In this document: positions 19,450 through 29,137 of the stretch, in pieces
Layout of the letters: every line of letters starts with the position of its first letter
Position numbering within the stretch: the first letter of the stretch is position 1
NCBI GenBank assembly: GCA_018394315.1
Contig: CP074575.1
Location: forward strand, 1,148,615-1,212,614
Direction of reading: 5' to 3'
DNA: 64,000 nt
Origin: Mycoplasmatota bacterium
GTDB taxonomy: Bacteria > Bacillota_I > Bacilli_A > MAG-NZ
Position numbers and translations under genes: made by a program
The notes under the pieces: generated by a model
Databases searched by the model: none
The model's input: the letters and a program-made list of their open reading frames with translations, nothing else
Told to the model about the DNA's origin: nothing

Positions 19450-20091
19450 ATGTTTACAGGGTTAATTGAAGAATTAGGAGTAGTAAAGGATGTAGTATTT
19501 GGAAGTTCATCAGCCAAGATTTCTATTTACGGGAACAAAGTATTAGATGGACTTAATATTGGAGACAGTATAAGTACTAATGGAGTATGTTTAACTGTAG
19601 TTGAATATAATAATAATTCTTTTGCTGTTGATGTCATGCCTGAGACTATGGAAAAAAGCAATCTTGATGAACTTAGAATTGGAGACATGGTTAATTTAGA
19701 AAGGGCGCTTAGATTAGGTGATAGACTTGGAGGACATATAGTATCAGGACACGTGGATGGTAAGGGGATTATAGAGAGTTTTATAGAAGATGATAATGCA
19801 ATTTGGGTTACCATTAAAGCAACTGGAGAAGTACTTAAATATATAATCAAAAAGGGCTCGATTGCTATTGATGGAGCTAGTCTTACTGTTGCGTATGTAG
19901 ATGAACATTCTTTTAAAGTATCAATTATTCCATTAACACAAGAAGAAACTACCCTTACAAAAAAGAATGTAGGAGATTATGTTAACTTAGAGTGTGATAT
20001 GGTAGGTAAGTATATTGAAAAGATTATAGGATTTGAGAAAAAAGAAAAACCGATTGATTTTAATTTTTTAAAAGAAAACGGATTTACATAG
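19450..20091 (+). CDS. ribE: Riboflavin synthase (alpha chain)
   Basis: MFTGLIE, NGVCLTV and [11 protein letters not shown] motifs. Confidence 0.96.
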   Translation: MFTGLIEELGVVKDVVFGSSSAKISIYGNKVLDGLNIGDSISTNGVCLTVVEYNNNSFAVDVMPETMEKSNLDELRIGDMVNLERALRLGDRLGGHIVSGHVDGKGIIESFIEDDNAIWVTIKATGEVLKYIIKKGSIAIDGASLTVAYVDEHSFKVSIIPLTQEETTLTKKNVGDYVNLECDMVGKYIEKIIGFEKKEKPIDFNFLKENGFT

Positions 20092-20102
20092 GAGGAGAAA
20101 TA

Positions 20103-21314
20103 ATGAAATTTAACACCATTGAAGAAGCAATTGAAGATATTAAGAATGGAAAGATGATAGTTGTTATTGATGACGAAGATCGCGAAAACGAAGGAGATTT
20201 ATTGATGGCTGCAGAAAAAGCAACTCCAGAATCAATAAACTTTATGGCTAAGTATGGTCGTGGTTTAATCTGTACTCCAATGACAAGAAAGAGACTTGAC
20301 TTACTAGGTATATTTCCGATGTTAAAAGAGAATACTGATCCAAAAGAAACGGCTTTTACAGTGTCAGTTGATTCTAAAGATTGTAAAACAGGAATTTCTG
20401 CGTATGAAAGAGCGAGTACTATACAAAAATTGATTGATGACAATTCAAACGAAGAAGATTTTACAAAGCCAGGTCATATCTTTCCTTTAGTAGCAAAGGA
20501 TGGAGGGGTTTTAAAACGAGCTGGTCACACAGAAGCAGGAGTAGATTTAGCCAAACTTGCAGGATTAAAACCTGCAGCTGTAATATGTGAAATTATGAAT
20601 GATGATGGAACTATGGCTAGAGTTCCTGATCTACAAGAGTATGTGAAAGTTCATAACTTAAAAATAATCACTATCGAATCTTTAATTAAATATAGAAGAA
20701 TAAGAGAGAAACTGATTTCAAGAGAAAGCGAGGCAATGTTACCTACAAAAAATGGTGAGTTTAAGATGGTAGGTTACATCAATAAATTAAACGATGAACA
20801 CCATGTAGCTCTGGTAAAAGGAGATATCAGTGAAAATGATGAAGTGCTTGTAAGAGTACATTCTGAGTGTTTAACTGGAGATGCATTTGCTTCATTAAGA
20901 TGTGATTGTGGAGATCAATTAAATGAGGCTCTAAGAAGAATTAATGATGCTGGTAAAGGAGTACTCTTATACATGAGACAAGAGGGACGAGGAATCGGTT
21001 TGATTAATAAGATTAAAGCTTATGCACTACAAGATACTGGAATGGATACAGCTGAAGCCAATGTAGCACTAGGTTTTCCAGAGGATATGAGAGAATACGG
21101 GATTGGTGCACAGATTCTTTATGATTTAGGAGTTAGGAAGATTAAGCTTATGACTAATAACCCTTTGAAGTTATCAGGAATAAATGGTTATGGTTTAGAA
21201 ATTGTTGATAGAGTACATATTCAAACAAACCACCATGAGCGTAGTGATTTCTACTTAAAAACAAAGAAAAATAAAATGGGTCATCTATTAAATTTCAAGG
21301 AGGAAGAGAAATGA
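20103..21314 (+). CDS. ribBA: Bifunctional DHBP synthase / GTP cyclohydrolase II
   Basis: DREDENEGD-type motif, [22 protein letters not shown] and QEGRGIGL. Confidence 0.96.
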   Translation: MKFNTIEEAIEDIKNGKMIVVIDDEDRENEGDLLMAAEKATPESINFMAKYGRGLICTPMTRKRLDLLGIFPMLKENTDPKETAFTVSVDSKDCKTGISAYERASTIQKLIDDNSNEEDFTKPGHIFPLVAKDGGVLKRAGHTEAGVDLAKLAGLKPAAVICEIMNDDGTMARVPDLQEYVKVHNLKIITIESLIKYRRIREKLISRESEAMLPTKNGEFKMVGYINKLNDEHHVALVKGDISENDEVLVRVHSECLTGDAFASLRCDCGDQLNEALRRINDAGKGVLLYMRQEGRGIGLINKIKAYALQDTGMDTAEANVALGFPEDMREYGIGAQILYDLGVRKIKLMTNNPLKLSGINGYGLEIVDRVHIQTNHHERSDFYLKTKKNKMGHLLNFKEEEK

Positions 21315-21787
21315 AAATAATCGAAGGAAATCTAATTTCTAATAATAAGAAATTTGGAATTATTGTAGGAAGATTTAATGAATTTATCGGAGGAAAATTG
21401 TTATCTGGAGCATTGGATGGATTAAAGAGGCACGGTGTAGAAGAAGATAATATTGAGATTGTTTGGGTACCAGGTGCATTTGAAATGCCTCTTGTAGCTA
21501 AAAAGATGGTGGAAGCATCAAAGTATAGTAGCGTAATCTGCTTGGGTGCAGTAATAAAGGGTTCGACACCACATTTTGATTATGTGTCAAATGAAGTAAC
21601 TAAAGGTATAGCTAGTGTTTCTTTAGAATCGGGTATTCCTGTAGTATTCGGAGTGTTAACTACAAACACTATCGAACAAGCTATTGAGAGAGCAGGAACT
21701 AAAGCTGGTAATAAGGGTTATGATGCAGCAATTACTGCTATAGAGATGTCGAATTTATTAGAAAATATTGATTTGAATAAGTATTAG
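21311..21787 (+). CDS. ribH: 6,7-dimethyl-8-ribityllumazine synthase
   Basis: RFN, VPGAFE, G.TPHFDYV and [10 protein letters not shown] motifs. Confidence 0.96.
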   Translation: MKIIEGNLISNNKKFGIIVGRFNEFIGGKLLSGALDGLKRHGVEEDNIEIVWVPGAFEMPLVAKKMVEASKYSSVICLGAVIKGSTPHFDYVSNEVTKGIASVSLESGIPVVFGVLTTNTIEQAIERAGTKAGNKGYDAAITAIEMSNLLENIDLNKY

Positions 21788-22149
21788 TTTATACTTTTGA
21801 AAGAATGCATTAATATTACAAGAGCGGATCTTAAATCTGATTTTATAGTTTATTTATTGAGTTTGTATGAGGAATTATCAACATCTAGAAGTTATTAAGT
21901 GATTACAAGAATGTCATTTTGATAAATAAGCTCTTTCAAAATAATGATTGCAAAAAGTCAGGTCTAGCTATGTTAGGCCGGTATATCGAAACAGCTTTTT
22001 TCTATATAGGAAATTAATCCTTAAGCTTGTACCTTCTAGAATATAAAACACTAATTTATAGATGTTATGACCCACTTTTCCCTGAATAAGTAAAATTATT
22101 TCGGAGGTGGGTTTTTATATTAATATAGTATATTTATAGGTTATAGAAA

Positions 22150-23700
22150 TTATTGATTTATAATTTTATATTCTTTAGCTTTATTCAATGCTTCTACGCG
22201 ATGTGTAACATTCAATTTTTTATATATGTTCGCTAAATGCCATTTAACTGTACCTTGGCTAATGAATAACACCTCAGCTATTTCACGATTTGTTTTACCT
22301 CTGGACATCTCGGTAAGAATTTCTTCCTCACGTGTTGTTAAGTGTTCATAATTAAAATTATTTTGTTTACTTATGATATATTTGTTGTACTTTAGGATTT
22401 TCTTTACTAATCGATTATCTATGTCACCTATATATGATAAAAAGTCAATCTCTCGATTGAAAAATCCAATCTCTAGACCGCAGGATTGATACCATTTGTA
22501 AGCTTCTTTGAAATACCTAAACCCTTCACCTATAAGTTTCTTTGAAAAATAAATACTTGCAAACTCCATTGCAATCGCTTGACTCTGTTCTTTATTTATT
22601 TTTTCTTTGTTATCTGTATATGATTTTTTCAACTTATCTAAATATAAAGGATTTCCACGCCCCATCCTAATTGCTCTTAACAATGATTCAACAGCAAAAG
22701 GATGACCATATTTAGCCATCTCCAAACCTTTTAGTTCGAGCTCATCTATCCATTCTCTTTGAATCTCTTTATTCAAGGATAGTGCATAATCAACCTTCAT
22801 ACAGAGTAATACAAGATGAATCATCATATGCTCAAGATAACCGAATCTTCTTTCCAGTTCTTCAACCAATAACCCCATCTTTTCAAAATCCTTTTCAGTC
22901 ATAAAACAGTTAAACAAATAATACTCTACAAGACCATGCATATGAGGAAGTTCAAGTGCATCAATGGCTTTCTTTGCACTTTTTAAATTTAGAAGGCTTA
23001 ATCCTGTTTTATTAAGACAGTAATATGCCATTCCTAGTGGCAACTTCATTAATTCCCAGTAATGACCTTGTCTAGATGATGAAGACATTCTCAAGTGATA
23101 ACCGCATATTCGAACAACTTCATGAAAATTCCCAGTCGCATGAATATTAAGGGCTTCATTTGTATAACAGCTAACTGCTAAAAACACACATTCATTCAAT
23201 TCGAAAATCCTTGCTGCCTTTTTGAAGTATGATGCTGCTTCTTGAAACAGACATAGAGAAGCGTATTGTCTAGCATGAGACATATAAATATTGGCTTTCA
23301 TCGGTGTATCAGCCTTGTTGTCAACAAGATTAATTGCCTTTTTAGATAAAGATAATCCCTTTTCATAGTCTGTAGAGAATAGAGCCATCGACTTTAAAGC
23401 ATACCATCCTGCACAAGTGGTTTTATCTTGAACAGTGTTAAGGTCTTCACTAATCAACAAACGTTTTAATACCGAATTATCCCCACTAGCAAAAGCTAGC
23501 CAACCTAATATCAAACGTTGCTCACTGTATCTGTAATACTTAAGTGGGATTTCTTTAATTGCATGGTAAAGTTTCGCTAAGTTTGGCTCTTTATACATCC
23601 ACTTTGCGTTCGAAAAAAAGCATGTTAAACCCTCTTCAAACTGAGCATTTTCTACATGCTTTATTACCTTTTGAATCAAATTTAGATGTTCCTGCTCCAT
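22150..23700 (-). CDS. Large LuxR-family regulator (helical/TPR-like N-terminus, C-terminal LuxR HTH)
   Basis: C-terminal LTTREEEIL..G.TNREIA..LFIS.GTVKWHL.NIY.KL; SD GGAAGG before ATG 23700. Confidence 0.85.
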   Translation of the reverse strand: MEQEHLNLIQKVIKHVENAQFEEGLTCFFSNAKWMYKEPNLAKLYHAIKEIPLKYYRYSEQRLILGWLAFASGDNSVLKRLLISEDLNTVQDKTTCAGWYALKSMALFSTDYEKGLSLSKKAINLVDNKADTPMKANIYMSHARQYASLCLFQEAASYFKKAARIFELNECVFLAVSCYTNEALNIHATGNFHEVVRICGYHLRMSSSSRQGHYWELMKLPLGMAYYCLNKTGLSLLNLKSAKKAIDALELPHMHGLVEYYLFNCFMTEKDFEKMGLLVEELERRFGYLEHMMIHLVLLCMKVDYALSLNKEIQREWIDELELKGLEMAKYGHPFAVESLLRAIRMGRGNPLYLDKLKKSYTDNKEKINKEQSQAIAMEFASIYFSKKLIGEGFRYFKEAYKWYQSCGLEIGFFNREIDFLSYIGDIDNRLVKKILKYNKYIISKQNNFNYEHLTTREEEILTEMSRGKTNREIAEVLFISQGTVKWHLANIYKKLNVTHRVEALNKAKEYKIINQ

Positions 23701-23765
23701 ATATATCATCCTTCCGACAACATTCGCTATCTTTAGAATAACATAAATCAGGCAATCAGTCATTG

Positions 23766-24887
23766 CTAATCCGTATTTATCTCCACCTTTAAGATATCAT
23801 CCTTTATCTTTATTACTTCATCTACAAAACGTTCCGTTTCGCTTCTCCAAGGTGTATGTCCAGAATGTTCAAACCATATTAATTCTTTATTAGGAGCTTC
23901 AAGGTATTGATAATACTCTTCAACTAGTTCCGTTGGTGCATTTAAATCATGAATACCATGTAGGATGTAAACTGGTACATCAATTTTAGGAACGTCCTCA
24001 ATTAAAGATATATCATATAATTGTTGATAGACACGATTGAAGGTGGAAAGCATACCTCTAAAATAGTTTATTTTATCAATAATTCCATACTCTCTACTCA
24101 TTACGTCATTAATAGTACTATATCCTGGCCCATGAATATTAGTATTTCTATTCATTTCTTTAGATAAGTACATTAAGTACTTGGAAGCTTTCATAACCAT
24201 TTTTTCACCATAATAAGGAGGTGCTCCTTGTTCCTCTAACTTAGTTACAGTTTCTTCGTCTTTATTTTTCTTAGCCAAAGTTAAGGCACTCTCATAACAA
24301 ATTTTCTCGGTCTCAAGAAAGTCTACCATCTGACCTGAATTGATTATTCCATAATAGTCCTCAGGATAACGTTCTGCCAACCATAAACTTAGCGCTGTAC
24401 CCCAAGATTGACCCATAATGAAAATCTTATCCTCGTTGAAGTATTCTTCAAGGTGTTTTGTCAGAGCATGAGCATCTTCAATATATCTTTCCTTGTTAAG
24501 GTTTTCCTGATCTACTGCGCCAAATGACTTACCAGATCCGGGTTGTTCCCAGTTGACCACTATAAAATCCTTTTCTAGGTCTTTAAAATAGTTTCTTGTT
24601 TCTACTATTTGACTACCCCCTGGACCTCCTGCTAGAAATAATAAAACTGGATTTGAATTGTTGTAACCTCGAATTGTAATCCACTGTTTTGATCCGTTCA
24701 ATTCGACTTGTTCCAATAATGAAATACTCCCTTCAACCTTGTTACCCATCTCATCTACAATACTAGGAGTACTTGCTGCTAATTGACTTATACCGGTTCC
24801 TAGAATTACTACAAATATAACTATCAAAATTATATGTAATCTTTTTCTTTTGATTAGATTGTTCTTTTTCTTTTTCTTACTTCGCAT
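23766..24887 (-). CDS. Membrane-anchored alpha/beta hydrolase (proline iminopeptidase-like)
   Basis: N-terminal TM segment, GGPGG, nucleophile GQSWG, HG.HD and FEHSGH. Confidence 0.85.
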   Translation of the reverse strand: MRSKKKKKNNLIKRKRLHIILIVIFVVILGTGISQLAASTPSIVDEMGNKVEGSISLLEQVELNGSKQWITIRGYNNSNPVLLFLAGGPGGSQIVETRNYFKDLEKDFIVVNWEQPGSGKSFGAVDQENLNKERYIEDAHALTKHLEEYFNEDKIFIMGQSWGTALSLWLAERYPEDYYGIINSGQMVDFLETEKICYESALTLAKKNKDEETVTKLEEQGAPPYYGEKMVMKASKYLMYLSKEMNRNTNIHGPGYSTINDVMSREYGIIDKINYFRGMLSTFNRVYQQLYDISLIEDVPKIDVPVYILHGIHDLNAPTELVEEYYQYLEAPNKELIWFEHSGHTPWRSETERFVDEVIKIKDDILKVEINTD

Positions 24888-24918
24888 ACTATCACATCCT
24901 TTTCTTTACTTCAGATAT

Positions 24919-24963
24919 ATTATATAAGCTGCTTCTAGATATGTCACCTGCCGAAAGTTAGGT
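24919..24963 (-). promoter_or_regulatory. Promoter of the hydrolase-LuxR operon with an adjacent imperfect inverted repeat
   Basis: Minus strand GTGACA-17-TATAAT; ACCTAACTTTCGGCAGGT abuts the -35. Confidence 0.55.
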
Positions 24964-25046
24964 TTTTTCTTCTTTATTAGGAGAACATAGAACTTTAACA
25001 TTTATTTGCTAGCTAAGTTGTATGAAAAAATAGACATTTATAATCA

Positions 25047-25080
25047 TTGACAAACAATATTGTTTAATGTATAATATTGT
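25047..25080 (+). promoter_or_regulatory. Consensus promoter with probable PadR operator
   Basis: TTGACA-17-TATAAT; perfect palindrome AAACAATATTGTTT in the spacer and a further AATATTGT after the -10. Confidence 0.7.
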
Positions 25081-25093
25081 TCGAGGTGGTATA

Positions 25094-25411
25094 ATGAATA
25101 TCCAAATGAAAAAAGGTTTACTTGATTCTTTGGTCTTGTCGATACTTAATAAAGGTGAGACATATGGTTATCAATTAACGTCAGATTTAAAGAGGATTGT
25201 GAACGTAACTGATACTGCGCTTTATCCAGTATTAAGAAGATTGCAAAGTCAGGATTATGTAACCACCTTTTCGAAGGAATATAATGGTCGCTTAAGAAAA
25301 TATTATTCAATTACTAGTAAGGGAATCAAGGCATTAAAAGCAAATCTAGTTGAACTGAATGAAGTCGTAAAAATAATAAAATACATTGAAGGAGGTATAA
25401 ATGATGAATAA
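25094..25411 (+). CDS. PadR-family transcriptional regulator
   Basis: QMKKGLLD..VL, TYGY, LYPVLRRL and RKYYSIT..G motifs. Confidence 0.92.
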   Translation: MNIQMKKGLLDSLVLSILNKGETYGYQLTSDLKRIVNVTDTALYPVLRRLQSQDYVTTFSKEYNGRLRKYYSITSKGIKALKANLVELNEVVKIIKYIEGGINDE

Positions 25412-26642
25412 ACTTGATTTATATATAAATGAGTTATTACAAGAAATTGAGGACTTACCTTCTCAATATACAGAGGATGCTTTAGAATATTATAAATCTT
25501 TTATTTTAGATGCTAAAGAAGCAAAAACACCAGAAGAAGAGATTTTGTTACAACTTGGTTCAGTAGTAGAAGTAGCAAATCAAATAAAACTTGATTATTA
25601 CTTAAAAAATCAAAATAGTGTTTCAAGATTATTTCAAAAAATATTTAAGATACTTAAGTCTTCTGAAATTATTGAAAAATCTGCATCGTACTTTCTAGCG
25701 TTACTTACTTTTTGTTCTAGTCTCTTAATGTATTTGATGTCTCTTATATCTTATATTTCGATTATTGGTTGGGTAGCGTTATTAGGAAGAGAGTATATTA
25801 TTACGCCATCTAATTATTCAAGTACCAAACTAAGTTTATTTGGATTAGCATTACTTGGAGGAGCATTATTAGCATTATTAGGATATATGTTTCAAAAAAT
25901 ATCGAAACTTCTTTCTGGGTATACAATAAGATTAATCAGATCAAAATTACATAAAGAGTTGACAGTTAAAGAAGAAAGAAGAATTAAAAATCGTTTTCCA
26001 TTAATAATTGCAGTTTATACCGGATTCCTTGTTGTTGGATTTGTCATTTTATTAATAACGCCAATGTTTCGTAACGCAACTTCAATATGGCTAAGTCTTC
26101 CAGCAAAAAGTTATATATTAATAGAAGATGATTTCAAACAAGAGGATGTAAATAGAATTGATATAAATGCTGTGAATGTGAAAATCTCTATTGAATATGA
26201 AGATACTGATTATATCAGTGTAATCTATCAAAAAGAAAACTGGATGAATTATAATACTAATCTTCAAAATAACACATTATACATTTCAGAAACTGGAAAT
26301 GGAAAGTTACCATTTATGAACTTCATTGGAAGACATTATAGTACTAATGAGTTAATGATAGTATTGCCAGATAATTTTAAAGAAAGTATTAACATAAATA
26401 CTATTGGAAGTATTGTTGAGACTCAGGAAATTAGAGAAGATTTTCATCTGTTCGCTGATACATCGCTCGTAAACTTTAACTATATAGATACATGTAACTT
26501 AAATATAAACACCGTTAGGGGACATATAACAATTGACAATCAAGAGATTGAAACAAATAATTATAAATGGGAAGAAGATAGTAACATATGCTTAATCGAG
26601 ATTAACACAGTTTCTGGAAGTGTAAATGGAGTAAATCGATGA
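25401..26642 (+). CDS. Membrane protein with DUF1700-like N-terminus and DUF4097-like C-terminal domain
   Basis: ALEYY...EEEIL..LG at the N-terminus, TM helices, beta-rich C-terminus (INTVSGSV); typical PadR-operon context. Confidence 0.65.
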   Translation: MMNKLDLYINELLQEIEDLPSQYTEDALEYYKSFILDAKEAKTPEEEILLQLGSVVEVANQIKLDYYLKNQNSVSRLFQKIFKILKSSEIIEKSASYFLALLTFCSSLLMYLMSLISYISIIGWVALLGREYIITPSNYSSTKLSLFGLALLGGALLALLGYMFQKISKLLSGYTIRLIRSKLHKELTVKEERRIKNRFPLIIAVYTGFLVVGFVILLITPMFRNATSIWLSLPAKSYILIEDDFKQEDVNRIDINAVNVKISIEYEDTDYISVIYQKENWMNYNTNLQNNTLYISETGNGKLPFMNFIGRHYSTNELMIVLPDNFKESININTIGSIVETQEIREDFHLFADTSLVNFNYIDTCNLNINTVRGHITIDNQEIETNNYKWEEDSNICLIEINTVSGSVNGVNR

Positions 26643-27493
26643 GAAAAACGATAATTATATCAGGTGCAACATCGGGAATTGGATTTGCACTTGCAAAAGA
26701 GTATACAATTAATGACGAAAGAGTAATTGCTCTAGGAAGAAATAGTGAGAGTAGTAGTAATGCGCTAAAAGAAATAAAATCGATAAAGCCAGATTGTGAT
26801 ATTATTTACTTATCTGCTGATTTATCCTCTTTAGAAGAAATTGACAATGTATGTAAAAAGATATTAAAATTAACTGAGAATACTGGTATAGATGTTTTGA
26901 TAAATAATGCATCGACTGTACCTAAGTGGTATTTAACAACTAAACAAGGGTATGAAATGCAGTTTCAGGTTAATCATTTATCTGCTATGGCAATCACAAG
27001 AAAATTGATGAGAGGTTTAATAAAAAACAAAGGTATGATAATAACAACATCCTCAAGATCTCATCGTGGTGCAACTATAAACTTCAATGACATTATGTTA
27101 TCTCAAAGATATAATCTGTTGAAAGCTTATAAACAATCTAAACTTGCCAATGTTCTATTTACATATGAATTTAATAGAATGTATAAAAATAAGTATAATG
27201 TAATTGGGTATGCTGTTGATCCTGGGCTGGTAAATACAGCTATTGGAGAGAAGAATTCATCTGGTATAGCTAGAATCCTTTGGAAGTTAAGAAGAAAGTT
27301 CGGAAGATTACCAGAAGAGATAATTTCAACATATTCATCGCTAATTTACAATGAAAAGAACCGTCAGGTTGATTGTTATTACTATAAAGATTCAAAGCCA
27401 ATTCAGCCCTCTAAATATGCTAGAAGAGTAGTTAATAGTAGAAAACTGTGGGATTTATGTTATAAATTATTGGGAGATTCAGTTTATGAATGA
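26639..27493 (+). CDS. Short-chain dehydrogenase/reductase (retinol dehydrogenase-like)
   Basis: SGATSGIG, INNA, FQVNHL, YKQSK and VDPGLV.T motifs. Confidence 0.9.
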   Translation: MRKTIIISGATSGIGFALAKEYTINDERVIALGRNSESSSNALKEIKSIKPDCDIIYLSADLSSLEEIDNVCKKILKLTENTGIDVLINNASTVPKWYLTTKQGYEMQFQVNHLSAMAITRKLMRGLIKNKGMIITTSSRSHRGATINFNDIMLSQRYNLLKAYKQSKLANVLFTYEFNRMYKNKYNVIGYAVDPGLVNTAIGEKNSSGIARILWKLRRKFGRLPEEIISTYSSLIYNEKNRQVDCYYYKDSKPIQPSKYARRVVNSRKLWDLCYKLLGDSVYE

Positions 27494-28283
27494 TAAATAT
27501 TGCTTAATTACAGGAGCTACTGGTGGACTTGGAAGAGCAATTACTTATGAAGCTGCCAGTAGAGGATATGAGTTGATATTGGTTGATCTAGATGATAGAA
27601 ATCTTGAGAGTTTAAAAATAGGATTAAAAAGTAATTTTAATGTTAGTGTTATAACATTTAATATAAGCATTCTAGATAAAGATCAAATGACCGGAGTATG
27701 GAATTACCTTAAAGAAAATAATATTAAATTAGATATGCTTATTAATGTTGCTGGTAGGGATGAAGAGGGATTCTTTGCAAATACATTGCCTGTAGTGTCA
27801 ATTGGTATAGCTGAATTAAATGCAGTTGGAACTCTAAGCATGATATCGAACGCTATTAAATACAAGAGTAACACACTTAGAGTAATAAATATCTCTTCCA
27901 TGGCTGGATTTTATCCAATGCCATTGAAAGCAGTATATTCAGCGTCAAAGAGATTCTTAATTGATCTGGGCTACTCTTTAAATGATGAGTTAAACTCACA
28001 AAACATATATATTACAACTGTTTGTCCGGCGGGATTACCTACAAGAGCAGATATTATAGAGAAGATTGACAGCCAAGGTTTTTTTGGAAGAGTAACAACA
28101 TTAAATGTAGGAATAGTAGCGAGAAGAATTTTTGAGAATGCTTTTCGAAACAAGAAAATATATATACCTGGATTTCTTAACCAGGTAGTAGTTATAATTA
28201 GTAATTTAATTCCTCAAAGAGTACTTGCAAAGCTAGTTGGAAAAAGGTGGAGGAAAACTAACTGTAGAATAAGTCATAGTTAG
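27486..28283 (+). CDS. Short-chain dehydrogenase/reductase (DltE/17-beta-HSD-like)
   Basis: TGATGGLG, INISS, YSASK and VCPAG motifs. Confidence 0.9.
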   Translation: MNDKYCLITGATGGLGRAITYEAASRGYELILVDLDDRNLESLKIGLKSNFNVSVITFNISILDKDQMTGVWNYLKENNIKLDMLINVAGRDEEGFFANTLPVVSIGIAELNAVGTLSMISNAIKYKSNTLRVINISSMAGFYPMPLKAVYSASKRFLIDLGYSLNDELNSQNIYITTVCPAGLPTRADIIEKIDSQGFFGRVTTLNVGIVARRIFENAFRNKKIYIPGFLNQVVVIISNLIPQRVLAKLVGKRWRKTNCRISHS

Positions 28284-28324
28284 TCATTTAAAAAGTATGA
28301 AAAATGGGAGCGGGGGAAATATTT

Positions 28325-29056
28325 ATGAAAGATTTTTTTAGTTATGAACCATCAAATAATATATTCAGATTGTATAGTATACCTCATATAATAATGCTAA
28401 TAGTTTTTGCTGTAATGCTAGCGCTTTTATATGTGAGTAAAGATAAGATAAGAAAATCAAAATATGAGAAAGTAATAAGGATATCATTTGCATCAATTGT
28501 GTTATCACTAGAAATTATGCTCTACTTTTGGTACATTTTAAATGGTCAAACCGATTTGGCTTTAATCTTACCATTCGAAGTTTGTGGATTTGCTTTATAT
28601 TTTGGTGTATTTATGATGTATTTTAAAAATTATAAGTTATTTAGATTAGGTTATTATTGGTCTTTTGGAGCTAATATTGCTATATTGTTTCCACCAATTC
28701 TATATTCATTTGATAGGTTTAGATTTTATCAATATTTGTTTAATCATATGTTTATTTTCATTATGTATCTATATATGTATTTTGTTCATAAATTTAAACC
28801 TACCTTAAAAGCCTATATACAATCTATCTTGTTTATGATACTAGTTGCACCTATTATGTATATACTGAATATAATTATGGATGCTAATTTCTTTGTTTTG
28901 AGTAGTTCGGAAGGTGCTCCATTTGAATGGTTAAGAAATATGGATGGTCCTTTGTTTACTCTGGTAGTAGTAACGGTGGGTATTTCATTATTTTCAATCG
29001 GTAACATTCATTATTTATTTACAAGAAAAAAACGCGATTTATCTCACCAAGAATAA
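28325..29056 (+). CDS. YwaF/TMEM164-like integral membrane protein
   Basis: F.LYS.PH, LPFEVCG, FRFYQY..NH and N....ANF motifs; multiple TM segments. Alternative start at 28304. Confidence 0.7.
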   Translation: MKDFFSYEPSNNIFRLYSIPHIIMLIVFAVMLALLYVSKDKIRKSKYEKVIRISFASIVLSLEIMLYFWYILNGQTDLALILPFEVCGFALYFGVFMMYFKNYKLFRLGYYWSFGANIAILFPPILYSFDRFRFYQYLFNHMFIFIMYLYMYFVHKFKPTLKAYIQSILFMILVAPIMYILNIIMDANFFVLSSSEGAPFEWLRNMDGPLFTLVVVTVGISLFSIGNIHYLFTRKKRDLSHQE

Positions 29057-29075
29057 AATCATTGTCCTCATAATA

Positions 29076-29119
29076 AAAACAGCATCCTTAGTATACTTGC
29101 TAAAGGTGCTGTCTTTTTT
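29076..29119. terminator. Bidirectional terminator
   Basis: ACAGCATC-TTAG...CTAA-GGTGCTGT flanked by A and T runs between convergent genes. Confidence 0.65.
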
Positions 29120-29137
29120 AATACGCTGCATAAACTT

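Noticed and set aside
3..21787. luxCE-like genes plus the rib operon as a bioluminescence locus
   Set aside because: They are 16 kb apart with unrelated genes between, no luxAB is visible, and the rib operon is an ordinary FMN-riboswitch-controlled unit.
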